Source: Nemertoderma westbladi (lineage: Eukaryota; Animalia; Xenacoelomorpha). Taken from it: 34,670 nt of DNA. The notes beneath the pieces are model-generated. The model worked only from the letters and a program-made list of their open reading frames with translations. It was not told the DNA's origin and made no database searches. Location: the NCBI GenBank assembly GCA_032718475.1, contig JAUCBJ010002126.1, positions 1-34,670 on the forward strand, given 5' to 3'. The translations under genes and the position numbers were made by a program. Below, one piece after another: positions 24,501 through 34,353 of this stretch (positions within the stretch are counted from its first letter, which is position 1; every line of letters starts with the position of its first letter).

Positions 24501-24909
24501 CTGGGTAATCCAACTCAGGAAGATGGTGAAGGTGGTAGTGGGGCAGTGCCAGACCTTCCGATGGACGAAGAAGGAGAGGGCTGTACAGGATATGGCACCA
24601 TTACCAGCCAACAGGGTGAAGCATCACGACCCACTGTTCATACACTGCGGCGTGGACATGTTTGGGCCGATCAAGATAAAGGTAATGCGGCATACGGAGA
24701 AACGCTACGGCATTATCTTCGTCTGCAATAATACAAGGGTGGTGGGGATAGAACTAGCACAGGATGCCATGGCGTCGGCATTTATTAATGCGCTCGAGAA
24801 GTTTGTAACCCGCAGAGGAGGAACAGTCAAGATATTATACTCAGACAAAAATAGGAAGACCTACAGGAGGGCAGTAGGAAAATGTTGCCTATTGGAAGGG
24901 TCACCCTAG
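21521..24909 (+). pseudogene. pol: BEL/Pao pol (protease, RT, RNase H/Peptidase_A17 region, truncated integrase), disrupted
   Basis: LVDSGA protease (21644); YYLPLH, KLRMVVDASA, SLNDYLLEGP, QRFLW, FYVDDG (22904); IYDPLG, LHMFSDASLEAYGA, WTDS, FVANRV, WHYCPTDDNPADL; integrase GVDMFGP, KRYGIIF, LYSD. Confidence 0.95.
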
Positions 24910-25177
24910 AGTTGAGTCGTCCAATAAGTTGGACTGAGGGGGGTGGGAATGAGGGCGAGACACCCTTCCCACACACAAAAATAAAAATTAAATAAAAAAA
25001 ACAAAATAAATAAAATAAGTAGTTAGTACTAAGGTACGCTGTAGGTAGACAGTAGAAATTATGTAGGTCTGATGGGTACGGACATACCAACGTATATAAT
25101 ATACAAGTGTAGGTAGTTACAATTACGTACATCAGATGGGTACAATAATGTACCAACATATCTAATTTACATACGTA

Positions 25178-25560
25178 CTACTTGTGGGCACTGAGGGTGC
25201 CACGTGAGGAATTGAGGGGGGCATGTACGTATACTGTAGTAGAGGGGTACACAGTACCATAAACTTGTGGGCACTGAGGGCACCATGAGAGGAATTGAGG
25301 GGGGTATGTACGCATACCGTAGTAGAGGGGTACACAGTACCGTAAACTTGTGGGCACTGAGGGTGCCACGTGAGGAATTGAGGGGGGGTATGTATGCATA
25401 CCGTAGTAGAGGGGTACACAGTACCGTAAACTTGTGGGCACTGATGGCGCCATGTGAGGAATTGAGGGGTGTATGTACGCATATCGTAGTTGAGGGGTAC
25501 ACAGTACCGTAAACCTGTTGGCACTGAGGGCGCCATATGAGGGAAAAGGGGGACATGTAG
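25178..25560 (+). repeat. 83-84 bp minisatellite, ~4.6 copies, in the BEL 3' region
   Basis: Unit starts at about 25178, 25261, 25344, 25428, 25511 (cttgtgggcactgagggtgccacgtgaggaattgagggggg...ggggtacacagtaccgtaaa). Confidence 0.95.
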
Positions 25561-26038
25561 GCATAGTAGAATAGACGGTGTAGGCCGCACGAAATAGACT
25601 ACTGTAGTGCACAGCCCGTAGTAGACTTAGGGTATTGTTAAAGAGCCAGGAAACTGTCTGGTAGGAAGCTAGTACGGTAATAAGAAAACTGTAGCTAGTC
25701 TTCTCTGTATACAAGTAGAGGGGTTACTTAAGTAAGTAACCAGATGGCAGATAATAATAGTACAAGTAGGGGGGAATATAAATAGTAGTAAAAATTAAAA
25801 AATTAACAAATTATGGCAACTAGGGGGAGAAAATTCTAGAATCATTAATAAAAGCAATGGACAACATTGTAGATTTAGGGAAAATTGGCACGTAGGGTAG
25901 GGGGTATATTTGTGTAAAATATACCGAAAAAATTAGCATAGGAAGTAGGCCGTCACTGATCGGAACTAGTAACTTTCTGTTTGACAACCCTCTTACTTAA
26001 ACTGAGCCTTTGTAAGGCCCCACCAGTTAGGTGAGAGT

Positions 26039-26569
26039 GTGCGGATTCGTGATGGCGGAGAAATTAGTGAAGAAGATAAAATTGGAGAAAACTGGGAAGG
26101 AGTTGCTATGCTAGTGGATTTCACGCAGAGGCATCCGGAGAACAAGACAAAGGGATACTACAAACTACTCCCAAAGGGTCACAAAGCGCACACACTACAG
26201 GACCAGTTTAGGGAGATGCACGAGCGACGACTGGTCGGGACCTATGGGATGCCATCGTTGGACAATGCGATCCATGAGCATCTTCGCTACGTTGTAAATG
26301 GAGACGAGGCAAAGTTCGGGATACCAAAGTACCCGAGAGAACCACCGAGGAAGGAGTGGAGGAGATTTGTAGATTCCGCGGAGAGAGGCGGATACATGGC
26401 CCTAGACGACGAAGGGACTGTGGAGGATGACGAGGGCTCTAGAAGGGGGTCGGGAGGATTGGCTAGAACTATATTGCTGCACTTGGCAGCGCCGAACGGA
26501 GATATTTTTCTATATACAAACTCTATACATACTATACATACTCTATACATACTCTATACAAACTCCTAA
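26039..26569 (+). CDS. Accessory ORF downstream of pol, unknown product
   Basis: 176-codon stop-free frame with purine-rich coding-like composition between pol and the 3' LTR; begins at GTG, first ATG about 23 codons in; no signal peptide or TM segment, so not env-like. Confidence 0.5.
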   Translation: MRIRDGGEISEEDKIGENWEGVAMLVDFTQRHPENKTKGYYKLLPKGHKAHTLQDQFREMHERRLVGTYGMPSLDNAIHEHLRYVVNGDEAKFGIPKYPREPPRKEWRRFVDSAERGGYMALDDEGTVEDDEGSRRGSGGLARTILLHLAAPNGDIFLYTNSIHTIHTLYILYTNS

Positions 26570-27149
26570 TTGAAATTAATTAAGTGCAATTAGTATGTAT
26601 GTACGTAAAAATAATCAATATAAATATCCAATATATAATCAATATATATACTATAGTCGAATATAACCTTTTCCAACTAGCTACTGGGATTGGGGACTAA
26701 TTGACTGAAACAGGAGGACCGGACAAAGACAGATCTCACTGGCATGGTGTACACATGTGTGGGACCCGATAAGAGTAAGAGGAGAGCGGAAACGAAAACG
26801 GGTTAAGTATGGGAGGAGTATGGGGAGGAGGCATTGGGGTGTGAGGGAGTGAAAGAGGTGTGAGATTCAAGTGTGGGGAGCGAGCATGGAGGGGGATGAG
26901 TCCCAAGGGACTGGTAAGAGAGGAAGGGACAATAAAGTCCGTGAGAAAAATTGTGTGAGGAATGAGGGCGATCATCTAAAACAGAGACGCCAGATGCCTT
27001 GGTACAGCATAGCTCGCAGATGTACCAAGGATGGGTAGTGATAACAGACCCATGGAGGCCAGCCTGGAAAGCCGACCTCGAGAAGAAAATTCCACCCCAC
27101 ATCCAATATTAGATTGGATTCCAGCGGAATTGAAACGCACTTAAGGTTG

Positions 27150-27187
27150 ATGCTATCTTCTCACCGGGAAGATAGCATGGGGGGGAG
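27150..27187 (+). promoter_or_regulatory. 11-bp hairpin followed by polypurine tract
   Basis: atgctatcttc-tcaccgg-gaagatagcat (27150-27178) then gggggggag immediately before the LTR TGT. Confidence 0.85.
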
Positions 27188-27823
27188 TGTAAGCAGATTC
27201 AATTCCATGCATTACCCACCGAAAATGGGATTAGTGGCGTTTTACCAATATAGTTAGTGAGGTGACATCACCAATAATAATGTCACCTCATAACCAACAG
27301 GGGCGATACACGCCGTAAGCCACAGGGAGAGTTGAGAGGTCAAACCACCTCAGAGGGGCAAACAAGCTAGTAAGGCTAGCACGAAGGGACAGTGGCAACA
27401 GGGAGTGGCGAGGTGACAATTCATCAGGTTAAGCCAATGGTGGGCGGGAAAGCACACTGGGGGTGATTAGAGCGCATCTATTGGATATTCAGGCCACTCA
27501 GTAGCGTAGGGGTAATTTAATATGTGTCAATGATATAACCGTTGTGATTATTGATTATTAGTTTAGTTGGTTCCTTACAGTTGTGAGACCGGAATAATTT
27601 TAACCGTAGTCACTAACCGTTGTATTGCATGCTATTATATTCAGACTGTGCTATTATCGTTTACTGTGATTATTAATACTGACAACCAAACTCAGTTATT
27701 TTGAACGGCCTTCGGCCTACTATAAATCCAGGCGACAGCTCAGCATCCCACGGATGCGGTGACACGTATAATTCACACACCGGTCGGGATCCGATACTGC
27801 CAACTCCGTTGGTTCCCGTCACA
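27188..27823 (+). mobile_element. 3' LTR (636 bp)
   Basis: TGT at 27188 after the PPT; ACA at 27821-27823 followed by TSD ATGCT. Confidence 0.95.
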
Positions 27824-28964
27824 ATGCTTGAGATACTGGTCGCAGGTAAGGGAGTACTTTCACAATTGTGGTTCGCTACTGTAAACACACTTTAGTAGTA
27901 ACATTCACCTATAAATGCACAAGTTCCACATTCATACCACAATTCGCACAATTTGGGGCCATTTGTCCGTTAGTCAAATGCCTTCCAGAATGTCACTGTT
28001 GTTGTTGTGTATCCTTAGATACTATATATATATAGATAAATATGCATTATATTTAATGTGGCAGGCTTTCTATTGTTCGTGTGAGGAATGAGGGCGATCA
28101 TCTAAAACAGAGACGCCAGATGCCTTGGTACAGCATAGCTCGCAGATGTACCAAGGATGGGTAGTGATAACAGACCCATGGAGGCCAGCCTGGAAAGCCG
28201 ACCTCGAGAAGAAAATTCCACCCCACATCCAATATTAGATTGGATTCCAGCGGAATTGAAACGCACTTAAGGTTGATGCTATCTTCTCACCGGGAAGATA
28301 GCATGGGGGGGAGTGTAAGCAGATTCAATTCCATGCATTACCCACCGAAAATGGGATTAGTGGCGTTTTACCAATATAGTTAGTGAGGTGACATCACCAA
28401 TAATAATGTCACCTCATAACCAACAGGGGCGATACACGCCGTAAGCCACAGGGAGAATTGAGAGGTCAAACCACCTCAGAGGGGCAAACAAGCTAGTAAG
28501 GCTAGCACGAAGGGACAGTGGCAACAGGGAGTGGTGAGGTGACAATTCATCAGGTTAAGCCAATGGTGGGCGGGAAAGCACACTGGGGGTGATTAGAGCG
28601 CATCTATTGGATATTCAGGCCACTCAGTAGCGTAGGGGTAATTTAATATGTGTCAATGATATAACCGTTGTGATTATTGATTATTAGTTTAGTTGGTTCC
28701 TTACAGCTGTGAGACCGGAATAATTTTAACCGTAGTCACTAACCGTTGTATTGCATGCTATTATATTCAGACTGTGCTATTATCGTTTACTGTGATTATT
28801 AATAATGACAACCAAACTCAGTTATTTTGAACGGCCTTCGGCCTACTATAAATCCAGGCGATAGCTCAGCAGCCCACGGACGCGGCGACGCGTATAATTC
28901 ACACACCGGTCGGGATCCGATACTGCCAACTCCGTTGGTTCCCGTAATAATGCTTGAGATACTG

Positions 28965-29375
28965 GTCGCAGGTAAGGGAGTACTTTCACAATTGTGGTTC
29001 GCTACTGTAAACACACTTTAGTAGTAACATTCACTTATAAATGCCCAAATTCCACATTCATACCACAATTCGCACAATTTGGGGCCATTTGTCCGTTAGT
29101 CAAATGCCTTCCAGAATGTCACTGTTGTTGTTGTGTATCCTTAGATACTATATATATAGAGATAACTATGCATTCTATTTAATGTGGCAGGCTTTCTATT
29201 GTTCCCTAACCATATTCTAATTCTACCTTGGGTGTTGCTAAGGGCTTTCTATTGTTCTCTAACCATATTCTAATTCTAGCGTGGGTGTTGCTAAGGTGAC
29301 ATTATACAATAAGCTAGCAATAGAGATTAGAGTATTCCTCATGCATACAGATCTGGGATGCTATTTAATAGTGGC
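28965..29375 (-). other. Conserved non-coding unit, copy B (partial extra copy at 27840-28078)
   Basis: Same four colinear blocks as 14350-14705. Confidence 0.8.
29191..29296. repeat. 53-bp tandem duplication
   Basis: gctttctattgttc(c/t)ctaaccatattctaattcta...tgggtgttgctaagg twice. Confidence 0.9.
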
Positions 29376-30409
29376 TCTAAGTTTATTATTACTCCCTTAT
29401 ATGTAGTGTTTATTAATTTTGCCATCTATTCAATGCATACAGGGGATTCTCTCACACTGGTTATAAGGGGTGAATCTCCGCTCCCATGATCTATTAATTG
29501 ATTAATTTATAATAATTGTCTAAAATTGACAATTTTATTTAATTCATAATAAATTATGAATTTGGATTTATTCCCGTGAATTTTATTAATTTACATTAGG
29601 ATGGGCACCAATTTATTCCAGAACATGTCTGGTGGACGTTAACGTGGACGCTTGGTGTAACGATATCTTGATAAGACTCGATACTCAGTTTGTTAAAGTG
29701 AATTTTAACAGGAAATCCTGTTGGACACCTCTTACTATACGTGATATTTTAGGCTTACAGCATTGAGAGCAATATTGTAAATATACAATGTCAGTGAGAA
29801 GAGGCAAGTCGTTTCCAAGGTCTAAGCAGAGCTTGGCTTAGCCAAGACACGAGGATCTGAACTTTGCATTCCTATTACTCTACTTAACCAATATAGTACC
29901 TAAATATAGTAAGACCAAAGTAAATAACAGATTGTCGTAAAGACAATAGGTATAGATACTAACAATTTAGAAATTGTAGTAGTGACATCTCTCTGTCAGC
30001 CTGCTACGCTTATAGTTATGCAGGAAAGGACAGTGAGACCAAGGTGATTATTCCTATAATAGGAAAGACATATCTTACTAGAAACCTAGAACTTAATTGA
30101 AGATATAAGGTACTGTAAGTAAGACCAAAGGAGAAGTTATGTTATGGAAAATTATGTATATCTATAATATACAATTGAATAAAATTTTACTTACATTATA
30201 AAATACTAACATACTAATCTACAGAATAATTGCACTAAATTATTCGACTAAATATAAAAATACAAAAGACTAAATTAAAATAATTACAACTAAGAACATT
30301 ATCTACAATATGTCGTACGTATTAAATATAAAAGACACAATAAGGATGGTTTTACAGAAAGGAATCCCCACTCCCGTAATAGGTGAGTCTATGCAACCTA
30401 TAGAGTTAA

Positions 30410-31078
30410 TCAATAGCCTAGGGGAAGTGGTCCTCGGAAAATTTCCTGTTTCCCATAATTTCCCAACCTTTCTCTATCTCGTTCTAGAAGATAGAGACGA
30501 CCAATGGGGAGATTGAACTGTTGAGTGTCGAAAACTATCCCTTTCTTCTTATGATTGAACCACATGACGACTAGCTCTACAGATATCACTAGCCCATCGT
30601 CCGAGATGTGCGTTTCTATTATGCGCCACCAATCTGCCATCGTTTACGCAGTAGGTCTGAGTCTACGACTAGTATCATATCTCCAGCGCTAACGTTCTCC
30701 TGTTGAGCAAACCATTTTGTTTGTAGTTGCAGCGGGGAGATAATAACGCTCGAAGTGAGTCATGAACCGATTCGATAGCAATTGTATAACCTGCCAGGTG
30801 CTTAAGGTATTCATCCACATCAGTAGGTGTAGAGACTGACAGCATAACTACTGGCTTCTTGAGTAGGAAATGTGCTGGTGTTATCGCTTCCAGGGATTCG
30901 GGATTCGACGACACGGGCATCAGAGAGGACGTTCGTTGAGATAAGCAACAATCTCTTCCATAAAAGTTCGCAGGAGTTCATCGGTGAGATACGCGCGGCA
31001 AGGCACGACGAAGTGGAATGCGGTCTTCACACTTCTTATTAATCTCTCCCAACTACCTCCCCACCAAGGAGCATATGT
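30410..31078 (-). pseudogene. BEL/Pao integrase C-terminal half plus DUF5641-like tail of an older minus-strand element
   Basis: APWWGGSWERLIRSVK, YLNERPL, SSNPESLEAITPAHFLL, WRIIETHISDDGLVISVEL, PIGRLYLLE, with stops and frameshifts; cut off at about 31078. Confidence 0.9.
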
Positions 31079-31182
31079 GTTTGCACCAGTGTATGCACCC
31101 AGTGTCTACACCAGTCTCTGCACCAGTGTACCTGCACCAGGTGTCTGCTGTACCACACTGCATTCCAAACATGCATTCCAAA
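31079..31182. repeat. Short tandem repeats (TGCACCAGTG-like x5; TGCATTCCAAA x2) at the integrase truncation point
   Basis: Directly visible. Confidence 0.7.
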
Positions 31183-31712
31183 TTATAGCGAAAACCAAAT
31201 AATTTTGAAACACTGGCAGTGAAAAATCTAAAAGTTGAGGGTAAATGTAGGTGTCTGAGACATGAGACAACTGAGACGGAGTCTCTCTCAGTTGTACAGA
31301 ACCATGCAGCTTTGGTATATTCTTTTACTATTCACAGATTTAATTTGTATGGTCTGCGTCAGACTGTCTGATGGTATTCCGGTTCTTCAACTATTCAGTA
31401 GCCTACATACTGTAGCTACATATCAGTGATCAGTACAAATTCATGATATTAGACATATAAAAGAAGACAGACCAGACACAGACATGTTGCAGAACAGCAG
31501 AAAGTTGAACATAGATAGATATGAACCACTGAATGTAGAATACTAAGCTCTGACTGTCTGAAGCTGCCAGATCAGCAGATGTTCAAACTTCACCCCCTTC
31601 AGCTCTTCACCTTCATCCTTCAGTCAGACCTTTGCTTTGTAATTGTAAAAATATGTTTGCTTGCATTTGATAAATAATTATTCGTATAAATTGGTGATTT
31701 GTAATACAACAA

Positions 31713-32060
31713 ATGGAAGCTGAGACTGCAACTGATAATACAACAAATAGTATTAATGAAGTCAGTGAAATTTCCAACGTTGATGAAAATTATGAAGAAA
31801 TTTCCCAACATCATATTCGATTGCCTCTGGCACGAGTTAAATCAATCATCAAATGCGATGCAGATGTTCACAACACGACAAGCGAAGCAGTTTATCTAAC
31901 TGCGAAATCAACAGAATTATTTATCAATATGCTAACAAAGGATGTTTTATCAATAGCTCAACGCGACAGTAAAAAAGTTGTTGGAATAAAAGACTTCAAT
32001 TCTGCACTGCAAACGATCAGGGCGTATGAATTTTTAGAAGACAGTTTGGATTGGGATTAG
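31713..32060 (+). CDS. POLE4: Histone-fold protein, DNA polymerase epsilon subunit 4-like (115 aa, no intron in CDS)
   Basis: RLPLARVKSIIKCDADV...EAVYLTAKSTELFI...KD...KK...DF..A...YEFLEDSLD fits the H2A-like CBFD_NFYB_HMF fold; acidic N-terminus and ending just after FLE..LD favour POLE4 over CHRAC1. Confidence 0.85.
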   Translation: MEAETATDNTTNSINEVSEISNVDENYEEISQHHIRLPLARVKSIIKCDADVHNTTSEAVYLTAKSTELFINMLTKDVLSIAQRDSKKVVGIKDFNSALQTIRAYEFLEDSLDWD

Positions 32061-34353
32061 GATTTTCTAATTACTGACTTGAACTTGGAACTACCATACC
32101 TGAACTAGACTCTATCTGTCTATCAGTCTATTATTGACTACTGGCAGACTGGCATACCTGCATACAGAACTTGTAGTAGGCCTACCGGTATATCGGGCTG
32201 TCGGGGCTAATTCCCAAAATTAAATAGCTGCAGTAAGCTACCTCTACTTCTACCTACCTAATTATTTATCGAATTCGCAACTAACAAACTTAGAGGATAT
32301 ATGTAGTGCTTGCACCTGGGCGGGGCGTTAGCAGGTTATGAGCACTTAGCAGGTTCAGAGGTTAGGGCCGAGACAGCTTGAGAGGCAACATGATCACGTG
32401 TGGGGTGGGTAGGGTATATCAGTCAGTCAGTATATGAACTGTATGTGAACTGAACTATATGCGGCGTACTTTTCCTTCTGCCTTTAACTGTTTAAATATA
32501 ACATGACGAACCAGACATAAACAACAAGAATTTAGAAAAATGTTAATTGCGCCCCTCCCCTCCTGCCGGGACATTATATGTATGACATATCGTGGGGTGG
32601 GTGGTAACGTTAAGACAATTTTTCTTAAAATTAACGTTTTAAGTAAATTTTGTTGTAATATGGAAGCTGCATCCTACATTAACTGCATTATTCACTTCAC
32701 TATCTCTATAAAATGATTAGCGATGCAATAAATTGCAAGGGAGTTTTTTGCAAATTTTCAATCATCCTAATAATATAATAAATTTAAGGCTGTGGGTGGT
32801 AAAATGTCCTACATACCGGTACGTACATGTTTTGGTAAATCGAAATAGTCTTAAAAGGCAACAAAGCAAATATACTTAAAATTGAAATATAATAATAATT
32901 GAATTTGCTGAATTGAGACTGTCATATATTACACTACACTCCATGTACAGTATACAGATGTACCAGTCGGGATTTTTTTTTTTTTATCAAAAACTATATT
33001 TTCTTGAGTCCGAAACTCCAAACATACACTAGGGCTGAAACGGAATTGTATAGAAATGGAAAGTATAAGAATTTAGGTCAAATGAAACAATTTTGGTACC
33101 GGTCTACCGGTACTAACTTTTAAAACTTATACGTAAAAGTGCATATTTCTCTCAGTTTCTGTAGTCTATAGTGAATTTTGTAGTGTATTTTGTGAAAATT
33201 TAAGTTGAAGAGTTAGCTCTCTCTCTCTCTTATATTTGTAAAAAAAGGTTCAAAGAAAGTAATGCTTAATGCTCAATTGTATTACTTTTTCTCGTGATTT
33301 TAGTGAGAGGAAAAATGCATATCATTAAATTATTGGTAGCAAAGTCTTAACATCACTATTTTAGTGATTAAAAGTTCTCATTATTCTACTGTATCACAAT
33401 TTTAGTGGTAAAAATTATCAAATATTTAATACTACAATAATTATTATTTACGTAGGCCCTAACAAATATTTTGTTACTGCATTCCCACCAGTAATATTTT
33501 TTTTTCACTGCAGTAAAAGTAAAAAATAATTCATACTAAATTCATTCATATATAATTAATAATGTACAAGAGAATACTTATTGTGATAAAAATGCCCTCA
33601 TATTACTTGTCTGTATAGAGGAGCATTTTAAAATATGGCTATATCAATATCGTTATTTCATAACAATTCTACATTTAATTTATTAATATAATTAAATTAG
33701 CCTAATGAATATAACAATAGCCTTGGATGCAAAATAAGATGGGTCAAATAATAATATTCAGATTGGATGAAAAAACGATGGGTTAAAAAATGATGAGCTA
33801 TACGTCATAGAAATTGAAATTGTCTTAAACGTCTAACATTACTAATTTGACAGTAAACCGTACATGGCGGAAGTATCAATCTATTTGTGGAACCAGAAAA
33901 TATGATAACAAATATTAGAAGAAGAAAGAAAAAGCAACATATAATTAGTAGTTGTGCATGTGCGATGTGCACTGTGCAGCTTTGTTAAATTAATAAACCT
34001 AAAAATGTATTTTAGACTTAGTGACGTTTTTCACTTATTTGTATTTGGAATTAGATACCTGAAGCACTGAACTGCTGTTGCAAAAGAAATAGGAATAACA
34101 ATAACCCTTATTTACTACCCATGGGATGATGGCCTTAATACCTTGTACCGGTTCTATTACTGTATTATTGTTAAAGCAGTACCGGTAACGGTCTGCCGGT
34201 AACAACAACCGATATTGAGTACCGTATATACCGCCATTACGCGTTGAGAAAGGCACCCGACAGCAGATGAGGCATACTGCGGTGTAGAGTGCAGTACGGT
34301 ACCAGTACGATACTGCGATACGACGGGGCTGAAAGAATAGAACTATAGAAACA

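Larger units (their letters stand above)
15201..27823 (+). mobile_element. BEL/Pao LTR retrotransposon, full span, non-functional
   Basis: Paired TGT...ACA LTRs, 5-bp TSD ATGCT (15196-15200 and 27824-27828), PPT, and gag-PR-RT-RH-IN order with BEL motifs. Confidence 0.95.
26953..29204 (+). repeat. 1126-bp tandem duplication (26953-28078 / 28079-29204) containing a third LTR copy at 28314-28949
   Basis: Junction ttctattgttc|gtgtgaggaatg; both copies carry internal 3' sequence, PPT, LTR, TSD and about 250 bp of flank. Confidence 0.95.

Noticed and set aside
17191-24611. Numerous minus-strand ORFs in the BEL internal region
   Set aside because: Antisense shadows of gag-pol with no motifs of their own.
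25178-25560. CRISPR-like array and the overlapping repetitive ORFs
   Set aside because: Whole units repeat with no unique spacers, no cas genes, eukaryotic context; the ORFs are by-products of the minisatellite.
26039-26569. env gene
   Set aside because: Too short, charged, and no signal peptide, cleavage site or TM anchor.
31713-32060. CHRAC1 or core histone H2A
   Set aside because: Lacks the CHRAC1 C-terminal extension and the H2A signature motifs; POLE4 fits better.
33200-33560. Possible MITE with tttagtg/cacta motifs
   Set aside because: No paired TIRs or TSD could be defined.
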